A stretch of 63,629 nucleotides of DNA, counting the filler, from Craspedostauros australis (Eukaryota): NCBI GenBank assembly GCA_030167865.1. It is 12 parts of 12 records of this genome, joined end to end, with 100 filler letters (N's around TTAATTAATTAA, not from the genome) between each part and the next. Parts side by side here need not be neighbours in the genome. Positions count along the whole stretch, not along the records: positions 30,528 to 56,835 come from JALAGF010004162.1; 11 more parts are not named here. One strand, given 5' to 3'. The position numbers and the translations under genes are program-made. Below are positions 43,589-55,941 of this stretch, piece after piece (position 1 is the stretch's first letter; every line of letters starts with the position of its first letter). The notes below the pieces were generated by a model that worked only from the letters and a program-made list of their open reading frames with translations, was not told where the DNA came from and ran no database searches.

Positions 43589-45760
43589 ATGAACAAGCCA
43601 GTAGCGCCAGCCAAGATCGAAAACACGCAATTCGATTCTCGCATGAAGGTCGGAGGAGGCACCATCAATACGGGCGTGGAGTGTGCCCCTGCCTATCGTC
43701 CAAGCAAGGACGCCAGCGGTGGCATTGACAACATGGTGACCGTCGATACGTTGAGCGACCAGCAGAAGCGTCTGATAATGCCACCCAATCCGACCGCCGA
43801 CACCATCTTCGAACAGATGAAGCAAACCCTTTCCATCAAGGGCGATGAAGTGTTCGTGGTGTGGCATGATGATCAAGGCAAGGCCGTCAACGAATACACA
43901 TTCAGACAGCTCTGGGAGGATGCTGGATACTGCGCCCACCTGCTCCGCAACAAGTGGAAGGTGCGGAAGGGAGACAAGGTCGTGCTGTGCTACGGTTTCG
44001 GTCTGCACTTCTTCGCCGTCTTCTTGGGATGCCTCCGTGCGGGAGCCATCGCCGTCGTGGTCTACCCGCCGTTCCCGCCCCTCGTCAAATCATTGACGAA
44101 GATGAACAAGATCATCGACGATTGCAAGCCGGCGCTCATTCTCACAGAGTCCAAGATCCAGCTCTACCGCCAAGCCGACATGGCCAATCCCTTCTCCAAA
44201 AGTCGAGGTCTTTGGCCACGCAAGGTGAAGTACCAGGTTACCGACCGCTACTTGAAACCTGATGGGCTTGGGAGCAGCGACACTTCGTCCCGAGGGCGCA
44301 ACTGGATCTCCCGTTTGTCGACGCCGCTTCGAAAGGCCCGCAACCAAAGGCGCCGGCACCAAACCCCACGGCCTCAGTTTGATGACGGAACGGTCACTGG
44401 ATCTGACCTGGCATTCTTCCAATACACATCTGGAAGCACCGGCAATCCCAAAGGCGTCATGGTATCACATAAGGCACTTCGGGCCAACACGACTCTCCTG
44501 CTGGATGGTAGCACAGCCGCGTACACGCAAAGGCAGGCGGGGAGCGCGCCGTTGCCACAGATGTCCAAGTTCATTGGATTCTCGTGGGCGCCGCAGTACC
44601 ATGACATGGGGCTGATCCAGATGGCCATCACGCCGTTCCTCTCCGGTTGCGAGATGCACATGACCTCTCCGCTGGCGTTCATCAAGAACCCGGTCCTCTG
44701 GCTTGAGATCATGTCCGAGCACAAGTGCCAGTTCAGCGCTGCGCCCGACTTCGCACTTCGGCTCTCCGTCCGCAAGTTCAAGGAACAGATGGCACGCAGC
44801 AACCGCGGCGCCAGGAAGGCGAAGAGCGCCAATCCCCTTGACCTTTCCCATGTCGTGTCCCTCTCGTGCGGAGCCGAACCCATCAGGCTTGACACGCAGG
44901 CGATCTTCTCGGAGGCGTTCTGTCCGTTCGGGTTACGTGACGACTGGCTGTTTGCCGGGTACGGGCTGGCGGAGAATGTCATCGGGGTGTCGTGGCTCAA
45001 TGGCTTCCATCTGTCAACGAAGAGAGCGAATGATCTGCAGCAGTTCGTCGCCGTCGGCCATATCGAACGCACCAAGCATCACTCTATCGACATCAAGATC
45101 GTGAACCCGGAGACCTGCGAGGAAGTGCCGAGCGGGTCGCAGGAGACGGGAGAGATCTGGATCTCCGGCCCGACGGTTGCTGCCGGATACTACCAGCAGC
45201 CACAATTGACGCAGGAGATCTTCCATGCCAAACTGAAGGACTGCACGGCTGGACAAAATGGTAGTGGTGGTGACAACAGCGTCAACGTGAGTGAGCAGCC
45301 TGCACGCACGTACCTCCGTACAGACGACTACGGTTTCATCCAAGATGGCTACCTCTACATGTGCGGACGCAAGACGGACACCATCATCGACAACGGAAGC
45401 ATGTTCTACCCCCAGAACATTGAGTATGTTGCCCAAGACGTCTCCAAAGCGGTGAGGCCGGGATGCATCGCTGCCTTCTCATCCAACGAAAGCGGAAGGG
45501 ACGGCGAGCTGGAGATCGTGTTCGAGATCCGTTTCGGCCAGGAGGAGCTGGCCCCGACGGTGTGCGATGACATCCGCAAGGCGGTGTCGCAACAGATCGG
45601 GCTGGCACCATCTCGGATTGTGACCGTCAAGGAAAGATCGATCGCCAAGACAACAAGCGGGAAGATTCAACGCCGCCGCAACAGAACTCTCCTGCATTCC
45701 AACGAGCAGAGTGTTGTGCATGAGGCGAGGTACAATACGAGCACGAGTATGCGTGCATGA
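43589..45760 (+). CDS. Stand-alone fatty acyl-AMP ligase (FAAL)-type adenylate-forming enzyme
   Basis: FLGCLRAG, FFQYTSGSTGNPKGV, WAPQYHDMGLI, CGAEPI, YGLAE, GEIWISGP, YLRTDD, GRKTDTII, YPQNIE, RPGCIAAF and KTTSGKIQR. Confidence 0.9.
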   Translation: MNKPVAPAKIENTQFDSRMKVGGGTINTGVECAPAYRPSKDASGGIDNMVTVDTLSDQQKRLIMPPNPTADTIFEQMKQTLSIKGDEVFVVWHDDQGKAVNEYTFRQLWEDAGYCAHLLRNKWKVRKGDKVVLCYGFGLHFFAVFLGCLRAGAIAVVVYPPFPPLVKSLTKMNKIIDDCKPALILTESKIQLYRQADMANPFSKSRGLWPRKVKYQVTDRYLKPDGLGSSDTSSRGRNWISRLSTPLRKARNQRRRHQTPRPQFDDGTVTGSDLAFFQYTSGSTGNPKGVMVSHKALRANTTLLLDGSTAAYTQRQAGSAPLPQMSKFIGFSWAPQYHDMGLIQMAITPFLSGCEMHMTSPLAFIKNPVLWLEIMSEHKCQFSAAPDFALRLSVRKFKEQMARSNRGARKAKSANPLDLSHVVSLSCGAEPIRLDTQAIFSEAFCPFGLRDDWLFAGYGLAENVIGVSWLNGFHLSTKRANDLQQFVAVGHIERTKHHSIDIKIVNPETCEEVPSGSQETGEIWISGPTVAAGYYQQPQLTQEIFHAKLKDCTAGQNGSGGDNSVNVSEQPARTYLRTDDYGFIQDGYLYMCGRKTDTIIDNGSMFYPQNIEYVAQDVSKAVRPGCIAAFSSNESGRDGELEIVFEIRFGQEELAPTVCDDIRKAVSQQIGLAPSRIVTVKERSIAKTTSGKIQRRRNRTLLHSNEQSVVHEARYNTSTSMRA

Positions 45761-47197
45761 GTAGACACTCCAGAGAATAGCAAAATATTATATTATATGA
45801 GACTATGGATGGCGCAGCACGATGACGACAACAAAGCTGACGAAAGTAGGCGAGCGTCGGGTATCATATTAGAGCAGAGTATTCTACAATGCAGTACAGT
45901 ACGACTACTCGTATGCGAATGTTGTCTGAAACCAACTCTCTCCTGCTCGCCGCCATCGATGTTCCACCATGGCGAAGGAGCAGTTGCAGGTGCCACTCTG
46001 GTTGCCCAACGCGCACGCTTAGTACAGTACAGTAGTTGTAGTATGCTCGACTCCGCTTTGCACGAATACGAACGCTTGATGTTGGCGACGACGACGACGA
46101 CACTGTGATGCATGCAAAGCGTGCTTGCCCCGTTGATGGGTCTCATCTCCATCCATCTGCTCTCATCTTGTCGGGACCGCTCAAGTGTCGACGACCAGAT
46201 GGATGAAATGATTGGATGGTGTTGATGTTGATGGGGTTGGCATTCCTTGGTGCGGGATTAATGGAGAACAGAACGTCACCGTGTGTGTTTCGATGCATGC
46301 AAGGGGTCTGACTGGAATGGAGTGACACGGTGCCAGCCAATTGATCTCTTTCTGTGTTTGTGCGACGCCATCACCCGTTCGGCGTGGTGGAGACCCATCA
46401 ATTGTTCGCCGCTGAGCCCCACATGTGCCTGTTGCTGTTGGCATCTGTTGGGCTCTCCTGCGTTGTCTCTCTGTGATTCGGCCTCCTCGCGCTCTGTTCG
46501 ACCCGCAGTCCTCCGCTCCCTGGCTTGTCGTGCCACAAACCTGTTTCGTTCGTGACCGCGCACGTCCACTGTTTTCCAATGGTTGGCATTCCTCCCAAAA
46601 AGAGAGGACGGATCCACGAGCATTTCTGCCGGCGCTGCTTCGTGACGTCGGTTGTGGATGGCCGATTGAAAGTATCTTTGTATACTCCGACCATTCCGTG
46701 ATGAGGAAAGCGCATCCTTTTTATCATCGTCCATAAGTGACGCATCGATGCGGGCGTCGCATCGACATCGGATGATGGAATCAAACGCCAAAAGCGAGGA
46801 AAACCCAATCAGATTGTAGCGCGAGGTGCATTCTCGGCAGTCACGGGAATGGATTTTCCGCAGCTTTCTCATCATGAAGCGATGATCGAGACGAAACGTC
46901 TGGTGACAAATGGAGGTGAGGAACCAATGGCGAGAAAACAACGGTCACCACCCCACAAATCCGAGAGTGTGTGGGAATTGGACGTGTGTGTTGTTGCTGT
47001 TTGTGTGTGTGATTGGGTCTGTGGCGAGTCTGCGGTGAGCGTGTGTGTCGTGCGTGGACGCCGCCTTCGCAGTCGCCTTCACAGTCGCCATCGCAACGGC
47101 CATCATCGCCGCCATCACGAACATCATTCCTAGCACAGCCCCAGCGAGCACAGGCATCAAGAGCAACGCAGGCACCCCGCAACGCAGAGGGACGAAG

Positions 47198-49127
47198 ATG
47201 GTGGAGGACCATCGGCCGTGCTTAATAGTGGATGGACGAATCGCAGCGTTGCCGACAAGCTTGCCCAAGTCCATGGCAGATCGCCTCGCTCTGCTGTCCG
47301 ACACCGCCATCATGTCAAAGATGTCCAAGGAGCCAGGAAGCACGAGCACTAGCACGAACACGAGCAATCAGGGCCGCCTCGGCACCAACGGCCAGTCCTC
47401 GTCTTCAGCCCCTGCCAATCACCACCATCTGGACCGGCAGCGCCCATCGCATCAGTCCCACCCGGCGTCTTCCAACGATGCCTCTCGCCCCGTCCTTCCT
47501 CAAGGTTCCTCAGGCAGTCCACCACTATTGCAGCCATCTCAGCAACAACGGCAACAACAACAACAACAACAACACAAGCCCAACGATGGGCACAAGCAGC
47601 TCCAGATCGGCGCTGGTCGGCATCGGCGGCTCGACGGCGCTTCGGTCGCCAACACGAGCCACGAGGTATCGCCCGTGCCCATCCAGAGGACGATAACGTC
47701 GCCCACCAGCGAGGAGGCAGCCGCTAGGAACGAGGCACCGCACTACTCAAGGCCGCAGGATCAGCAGCAGCAAACACACCAACAACAGCAACAACAGACG
47801 CATCAACAACAGACGCATCAACAACAGACGCATCAACAACAGAAGCAGCAGCAGCGTGATACCGGCACAGCGCAGGCTCACCACCCGCCCTACGGATACC
47901 CCCACGCCAACCCAAACACCAACCAGCACTCCCCCACCTTTGCGCTGCCCTACGGGGGTATGCGTCCCCCGCACGGCGCGTTTCCGCTGCGAGCGCCGAT
48001 GCAGCACAGCCCGCCCACGCCAAGCGCAGCACCCAGCGGTGGATATCCCTACAGGTACCCCATCGCGCACTATGCCCACGTACCGCCGCATCGTGGATAC
48101 GCGTCTCAGGACATGGTCGGCAACCGCGACACGTACGCAGGGGGATCATCTCCGAACGCTGCTGCCTACGAGGCTTCCTATGCGGATCGGCAGATGCAGC
48201 ACTCACCAGCGTTGCCGCCGTTGCATCATATGCATCATGCTCCGCCAGCAGCTGGGCAACCGCCGCCGCAAGAGAAGCAGCAGCAGCATCCAGGTGGCGG
48301 CGTGGCAGAAGACAGCAACGCCGGGAGCAACAACAACAACAACAACAACAACACCGGCGGACTGCATCAGGTCCGATACCCGCTGCCGCACTCCGCCTCC
48401 ATGGACGATGACAGGATCGAGGTCTCCCGTCCTGTCTACGACAGTCTCATGCAGAACGACCTCAAGCTTAGGGATGAGCTCAAGGCGAGGGATGAAACTA
48501 TTGCGTCGCTGCAGCAAAGCCTGCGCAATATGGAGCAGCAGATCGCAGAGCTGCGTCAGCTTCCGACCGGGAAGATATCGCACATTCCGATCGAGTAAGT
48601 TCTGTCCTGTCTGATGCATGAGTGCTGGTTGCATGAGTGCTGGTTGCATGAGTGCTGGTTGCATGAGTACAGCATGCATGAGTACAGCATGCATGAGTAC
48701 AGCATGCATTCCGTTCTATCCAAGCAAACAGCTGCGCTCTCTCACATCCATCTTCCGATCTCCATGCTTTCTTACCAACACATCTGCACTCTATCCGCTC
48801 ATCAACACGCCAACACATCTGCACTCGTCAACCTGAATACTCGACCACACTCTACGATCTTACGCACGCACCGCCCATTGCAGCGACATGATCCAAATCA
48901 TGGAGGTCTACGGTTCCGAAGTATCGAACCAGACCTTGCCAAGACGCAAGAGGGGCGACATCAAGAAAGCATCCATCATCCGCCAGTTCCGTCGCTGGAA
49001 TCCGGAATTCTTCCGCTTCTTCGTTCACGTTAATGGACAGTGGGTGCCCAGATTAGGGAAGGAGGGTGAGCTTCGCCGTCGAGAGGAGAAGCGCAGGATG
49101 ATCAAGGATCAGCTCAAGACTGCATGA
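47198..49127 (+). CDS. Q/P/H-rich protein with a coiled coil and a compact basic C-terminal domain; exons ~47198-48594 and 48884-49127 (start uncertain)
   Basis: Intron gtaagt...ttgcag (48595-48883) joins ISHIPI-DDMIQIM in frame. The C-terminus contains SIIRQFRRWNPEFFRFF...WVPRLGKEGELRRR. Confidence 0.78.
48616..48705. repeat. Intronic 15-bp tandem repeat, (gcatgagtgctggtt)3(gcatgagtacagcat)3
   Basis: Directly visible. Confidence 0.95.
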
Positions 49128-50073
49128 AAGCAGGGCAGGGCAGGGCAACATGGGGAAACAAGGGAGGTTGCGAGAGGGCTTTCAAAACCAACAACAACAG
49201 CACGGCTGCGATCGCAGCCACAACGAAGTGGGATGGGGGAACAGCCAAGGGCGCCAGCGCACGCACACGAGAGAGCAACAACAACCAACAACGAGAGTCG
49301 CTCACAAATAGGTCACTCGTCCAGACCAAGACAACACGACCCATACTGCCATTTCGACAGGGCCATTTCAGATGGTTTGCTTTGATGTCCGAAGGGGGTG
49401 GCGAACACCATGACAGGACTCGTTTCTGACTGATCCGTCTTCGTCTGCTTCGCACATGGAATCTGCGGGCAATCAAAATCATAGAGAATAATACATACCA
49501 TACACATACGCGGAGCAACGCGACGTAACGAACATGGTAAAGACGTGCACACGGGGGCACACAATACAATACAACAACAACACAACAAACATCAAGACAA
49601 ACAAACAAACAAACTGGGGAGAGCAAGAGAGGGTGAACAATATACTATACAGCTCAATGAACTTCATTGGCACATGCTAGCGCACTCACAGAGTCAGCAG
49701 CTCTCTCTCTCTCTCAAGACATCGCCTGCATGTAGCCATGCATCGATCGTCGAACCACAAAGAGAGAGAGAGAGCTGGTGGCGATGCTCATGTTCACAAG
49801 ACTGGCAACAGACAGAGCGGGAGGGAAACAACATTTACACGCACACACAATCACATATCTACAAAAAGAGACATAAACTTCCTATAGAGAATACCAAAAC
49901 ACAACGTGACTGTCTGGAAATACAGTATAGTATACCCAAGTATTGTGTAATAGCATTCTGCTCCAGGTACGGATTCAAAGATTATCTCTCCGAAGAGAGA
50001 GGTGGTGTCATGTCGCAAAATGGCATGGTACCAGTACGAATGGGGTGCTGCCGCCATGTCGTCACCACCAAGC

Positions 50074-51512
50074 TCATATCGCAAAGATGGCAAAATTGTT
50101 CTCCAGGTATGATTGAATCGTCTCGAAGCTCATGAAGATGATGCCTTGCCCTGGAACGACGCGGCCAAGACGCGGGATGACGCCAGCATACAAGGCGCCA
50201 ACCCCTTCGTTGGCCAATATCTTTCGGAAGCAGTCAAACATGCCGGTGTATTGAGACGCCATGGAACCTTGCATTCTGGTTTTGGCGACATCGAATGGAT
50301 TGTTGCCCAACGTTGAGAAACATCCAGCAGACATACCGCCAAACAACCCCATGATCGGCGTGAGCGGTCTCTGCCCGTCGTCTGTGACTATGCGCTTGTA
50401 CTCGTTGAACCACATGAAGCGAAGTCCCTGGTTGGAGCCTTGCTTCATGGCGGTGGGCGCGGCCTGGAAATCATGAGGTGTGAAACGAAATTGTGGTGAG
50501 TGAATGAGTGAATGCATGAATGAATGACAAGTACGGAAAAGCACGTATCATGTGATGTGCTGGTCACCAAGTGCATCCGCTTGGAGCATAGTTGCCGTGC
50601 CGTCCACGCTCCTCGTCAAGCTAGAGAACTGAAACTTGAACGATTTGATCCAGGCGTTTCTCAGATGTGACGCCAGCTCATTTCCTCTTTAGTTCGCACC
50701 ACAAATGACCAGCATCTCATATGCGTCAAATGCATCAACTGCTGCCGCTCTGATGATCACACTCACTCCCATGTAAATCCCGCGGATACCTTCGGTCCGG
50801 ATGATGTGCTGAAATCCCTTGACGAAAGGCGAATTCAGTTCGATGCACTTGGTCTTGACAGTCTCCACCGGCGCCACGATGATGAGAGCTTCGGAGACAC
50901 CCGCGCACATTCCTGCCACGAAGTTCTTGGCGGGCGACAAGTTGCCGTTGCCATCTCTCAGCTTTTCACGAATCGCCGAGTTCAATCCAAACCGGATCCC
51001 GGCCTTGGGACCGCTGCCGATCAGGGTGGGTGCCAGACCGCGGTACAGCGAGAAGAATCCAGTGGTGCGAATGGTGTAGCTGAGACCGGAGATCATGCCA
51101 TTGAACGGCAGCTTCGCGCCCTTGGCTTGGGACTGGAGCTGGAGTTGCGTCTGCGCTTTGGTTTGGTTGATCGGTTCATTGGATTGTATGCATGTATTGT
51201 ATTTGTATTGTAAATGTGGAAAATGGCAGGGTGGTGAGAGTTGTCAAATGGGTGAGATGATGCGAGTGCCACAGAATGCAGCAGAATAGAGCAAGCAATT
51301 TGATTCAATGCGGATGTTGGCATACACTGAGTCGGCAGGCCTCTGTCGATGTGTAGAGCATTGTTCACTCCATCAGCATCAGCATCAGCATCATCACATT
51401 GGCATGCACCCACCTTGATGTACTCCATCGGCCAAACGCACGTCGCTTCAATGCCGCCCGCAACGCAACCGGCCGCCAGGGCCGTCAATGGATTCTTGGA
51501 TTTCTTTGGCAT
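50074..51512 (-). CDS. Mitochondrial carrier (SLC25), tricarboxylate/citrate-carrier-like, 290 aa; exons 51512-51414, 51150-50767 and 50463-50074
   Basis: Three carrier signatures (PMEYIK, PVETVK, PFDVAK) plus PKAGIRF, KQGSNQGLRF and PRLGRV. Two GT-AG introns preserve the frame. Confidence 0.93.
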
Positions 51513-52715
51513 GATGGATGTGTGTGTGTTTGTATGTTGCTTGTTTGTTGTTTGCTCAGTGGATGGTTGTGCCGATTCACGTTGGCTTGTCCTCTTCAGT
51601 CAAAGATTCGATGTGCGTCCAAGCAACGTTATTGCAACAGATCGAGGGATGAATATCTTTGTCTGTTTCGGAAGGAGGAAGCAGAGAATGGTATTATGAT
51701 AGAATAGTACCCTTTCGAGAGATTATGGTGCAGCCCAGCTGATAGCCGAGTTCAGTTCAGCAAACCTGAGCACGTTGTGTGTCTGGTGTTGTGCGGGGAT
51801 TGCGGTTGTCCATGGTCGGAATCGCATTGCGCCGCGCTCACCTCGTGTTGCCAACTCACTCCAGCGACGACAACGACGACATCAACAACAACAATGACAA
51901 CAACGGCGATAGCGAAGAACAACAATCGCCAACAAAGGCGAAGATGACATTTCGTTTGTTTCCAATGTCTTGTCGTGTCAGGGACTCCGAGTAGTCCATT
52001 GAGTCGATGTTGTCCTGATTCCAACTGTGATTCCGATTCAACCGAGTCAATTGCTACAACACAAATTGATTCACGCGTGATTCATGGATTTGTCTCGACA
52101 CAGGTTCAAGAAGGCCATACGTGACTGGTCGATAAGTGCAGAAACGCATGCCACGTCGTCACCTGCCATCCTATTCGCGAACACGCAACAAACAGCTTGC
52201 ATTTTTGTACGTATGTCTGTAGAACGTCGAATCTGTGCGTGCCGTGACCGAAAGAAACGGGCGCGCGCCATACTGCTTGTGGGAAGGCGGAGAACAACGA
52301 AAACGTCAAAGCGCCAAGAACAGTGTCGCGGTGTCACACAGGGAGGAATTAGTGTGGAGGAGGAAGAGGGAGACATCGTGAAGGTCGTGAAGTTCGTGAG
52401 GGGTCGTGGACGACGATGTTCTTGTTCTCGTTCCACGCGCGTGATGCTGGAAGCACCAACACGCTAATGTTGATGTTGACAAGCGTTGTTTTGGTTTGTC
52501 ACGATCCCTGAATTTGAAGTGAGTTTGGATTTGCCATCTGCCCTTGACTTGGTGTGTTTTGCCTCCCCTGTCTGCTTGACTCGACATGGCTTGGTTTGAC
52601 TTCGCATCACAAACAGGCAGATACAGAGAGCGAAAGAGTCAGCGAGAGAGACAGTCAAGTGGCCAGGGCAAGACGAAGGAGAGAGAGTGGCGATCGAGGA
52701 GTGAGAATACTAAAG

Positions 52716-55373
52716 ATGATGGGTGAGAGCATCGGAGTTGTGAAGAGAGAAGGAGATGGAGGGAGACATCATGATGGCGGATGCGTGAAGGTGGAAAAGG
52801 AAGAAGAAGCAGAAACAGCATTCGCCAACCAACACGATGTTCTTCCTTTGCGCGGACACGAGAATTCCAGGCGTGACAATGGCCGACCAAGTTCCAACAA
52901 ATTTTGCGAAGAAGTTGATTTTTCGCCGAAACGGCACACAGAAAGCGGCAACTGTTGCCACCACCTCAACGGAGACGAACCGAGCAGAAAAGTACATTTG
53001 TGTGGTTGTGGAGCAGTCATTGGTGATGACGAAGGGGGCACTGCAAGAACGAACGACACGGTGGCAGACACCCGACACGACATGGAGGACGATAAACACA
53101 ACGGTACAACGGAGAAAATAGCGATGGGGGCAGCTGTTGATGCAAGCAATCCAATGCGAAAGACAACAAGGAAGGCGAAGACGAAGAAACATGGAGCGCG
53201 CCAACCGAAACAACCTCTCCGACATGAACCGCAACACAACAAGTCAAACCAACAGCAACTGCAATCACCAACGGTACAATCGCTCACGCCAGCACACAAG
53301 CGGAGTTTGTTCGCTGACCATCATTCATCATCGTCGCCTCAACCAACGCCTCCGGAGCTCCTGGTGAATGAGACTGACCCAATTGTTCATAGTAGTACGG
53401 GTCATGCGAAAACCTGCAGCGTCATTGTGAAGCGAGGGGAAGGTCTGTGGAAGCGGCAGCCACTTCTCATTGAACAATCACTAAGATCATCGACGCCATC
53501 CACAGCAGCGTTACGATCTTCTTTGTCGTGTTCTCGTGACCTCACTTCCGAGGGGTTCGTGAAGGGAGGCAACAAGAACGATCTCGGCTGGGTTCCCGAA
53601 GCCAACGTCATTTCGGCCGAATCGTGCAAACATCAGCCATCAAAACCTGAATGTCTGAGGGGCAACCACAGCCGCAACCACCATCCACAAGATCTGCAGC
53701 AAGAACAAGAAGCCCATCGGCAGCCACAAGAACAAGCACAAGCACAACTGCGAGAAAAGCAACGGAACATCGGCAACCACCACTCCAGCTCCAATCACTT
53801 CAGCAACCGCAGCATTGCGTCATCACAGGTGTCCACAAAAATGACAGCTCCCACATTCATCCCAAGAATGCTCAACTGCCGTGCCGTGGACTTGCTGAAG
53901 CACCGGTTGTGGAAGCGCCAAGAGGAGTACGATGAGAAGGCCAAGCATCAGCAAGACGAGGACACGGCTCCAGACGACAGCGATCATCTTGACGAGCATC
54001 TCCACGTCTCGCATGGCACGAACCTGCGCACAGGCATCAACCCTGATGACATCGAGACCGATACCGACGGTGACTCGTTCACGGTGGAGTGCTATCCGGA
54101 CACCAGCTATCGCAGTGGCAGGCGCAGCTGCGTCTCCACCCAGAGCTCCCAAACGCCACATGACCTTCCGGATCAGCACGGTGACGATCACTGGACGTTG
54201 CGGGAGATGATTGGCGATGTCGGTCTCACCCTGTTCAACCCGCTCGATGAGGCCGTTCTCCTTCCACCTCCAAGCACGTGTCTCCTCAATGACGGCCCTG
54301 TTCGCGGCATCTCCGATCACCACAAGCGGGAAGACAACACCAGCGTCATCGGTTGCCTTCCAGCTCTCTCCTTCTTCAACGGACGGCGAGAAGACGAGAG
54401 TCCTCTCATCGATCTCAAGGGCGTTGCCACATCCACCACCTGCTCCTGGTTCGTGGAGGATGATGACGTTGATGGCGCTCACAGCAGTATTCACAACAAC
54501 AATGACAATCACAACATCGACGTCAACGTCAACAACGATGACACAAACAGCAACAGCAAGAAGACGAAACGCAACGTCAACTGCTTCAGTGCGTGCCACC
54601 CACGCACGGCCTCGTCGATATCATCAGACGATGATCACAGCTGCGCCAGCAACAACGCGGACGCCGAGCCCGATGATATGTTCATCTTCAACCACGAAGT
54701 CTTCCCAGTGCAGCTCATGGACGAGTCTCCCGATGTGCTGCGATTATCGCCGCGCATCTTGAGCGAGAGCATGTTGCATCAGATCGTCAACGAAGCCATC
54801 CCGAGAAGTCTCCGAATCTACAAATGGGAGCGCATCTTCTGCATATCACGCGACGGCGACGCCTTCATCACGATGCTGGAGAAGTGCTCGACCTACAAGA
54901 ACACCCTCATCGTGACGCGCACGACGTCGGGCCAGATCCTGGGCGGCTTTGCCTCCGACCAGTGGAGGGGACAAGAAGGACGCCAGGAACGCAAGTCCTT
55001 CTTCGGCACCGGCACCTCCTTCCTATTCTCGACGCATCCCACCAGCCAATCCGAAGACCCCGAGAGCCAGCTCACGATCTACCCGTGGACCGGCACGAAC
55101 GACTACTGCCAGATCTGCGACGTGGATCGGCAGTACATCGCGATGGGCGGTGGTGACGGCGACTTTGGTCTCATCGTCGAGGAGAGCTTCCTTTGCGGCT
55201 CCACGGGACACTGCGCCACATTCGGGAATCCGCCTCTGATTCCGGGCATCGACGGTTCCTTCGATGTGCAAGATTTTGAAGTGTGGGGCATGGTGCCTCT
55301 GTTTCCGTCCGTGGTGAAACCGTTGTCCAAGCGATACAGCGGCGTGTCGCTGCTTGGGATGGATCGGCCGTGA
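52716..55373 (+). CDS. TLDc-domain protein (OXR1/NCOA7-like C-terminus) with a long disordered N-terminus
   Basis: WERIFCISRDG, ILGGF, FFGTGTSFLF, WTGTNDY, MGGGDGDFGL, CATFGNPPL and FEVWG. Confidence 0.92.
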   Translation: MMGESIGVVKREGDGGRHHDGGCVKVEKEEEAETAFANQHDVLPLRGHENSRRDNGRPSSNKFCEEVDFSPKRHTESGNCCHHLNGDEPSRKVHLCGCGAVIGDDEGGTARTNDTVADTRHDMEDDKHNGTTEKIAMGAAVDASNPMRKTTRKAKTKKHGARQPKQPLRHEPQHNKSNQQQLQSPTVQSLTPAHKRSLFADHHSSSSPQPTPPELLVNETDPIVHSSTGHAKTCSVIVKRGEGLWKRQPLLIEQSLRSSTPSTAALRSSLSCSRDLTSEGFVKGGNKNDLGWVPEANVISAESCKHQPSKPECLRGNHSRNHHPQDLQQEQEAHRQPQEQAQAQLREKQRNIGNHHSSSNHFSNRSIASSQVSTKMTAPTFIPRMLNCRAVDLLKHRLWKRQEEYDEKAKHQQDEDTAPDDSDHLDEHLHVSHGTNLRTGINPDDIETDTDGDSFTVECYPDTSYRSGRRSCVSTQSSQTPHDLPDQHGDDHWTLREMIGDVGLTLFNPLDEAVLLPPPSTCLLNDGPVRGISDHHKREDNTSVIGCLPALSFFNGRREDESPLIDLKGVATSTTCSWFVEDDDVDGAHSSIHNNNDNHNIDVNVNNDDTNSNSKKTKRNVNCFSACHPRTASSISSDDDHSCASNNADAEPDDMFIFNHEVFPVQLMDESPDVLRLSPRILSESMLHQIVNEAIPRSLRIYKWERIFCISRDGDAFITMLEKCSTYKNTLIVTRTTSGQILGGFASDQWRGQEGRQERKSFFGTGTSFLFSTHPTSQSEDPESQLTIYPWTGTNDYCQICDVDRQYIAMGGGDGDFGLIVEESFLCGSTGHCATFGNPPLIPGIDGSFDVQDFEVWGMVPLFPSVVKPLSKRYSGVSLLGMDRP

Positions 55374-55941
55374 TGCAGTTGACATGCAGATAGAGGCTCA
55401 ACGACAAAACGTTGTCTCCGCACTTGGGAGCTTACGCACAAACATTGGAAGAGACAAGCACACAGAGGGAAACGAAGAAGCAGGGAAGAATCGCCAATCA
55501 CTATAGACTGTTGGTCATTCGATGCAGACCAACAGAAGCGGGATCCTCTGCAATAGAAGCGCGAGCACAACAACGGAGGGGGTGACGTGTGCGTCACAAC
55601 CAACAGAAGAGCGAGAGAGACATTACTCTCCACTCAGCGTTCACAATTACAAGCTAGAGATTAGATGTGAACCAGGATATTATTCTATTACTCTCTCTCT
55701 CTGTACACGCTCTACTCCAATTGTCTCCTTGGCTGCGGTGTTACCTTGTCTTGCCATGCATCGTGCACGTCATGATGTTCGGAAGTCCAAACGTGGCACC
55801 ATACCAGACGCTCCACTTCTGTCTCAAACCGCCTCCACCTCCTTAGATTCCGTCCATGCTCGGCAATCACAGCTCCCACAATACGGACTCCATGTGCGTG
55901 TACTATTATATTACCAAACTACCGCACATACTCGAGTACTC

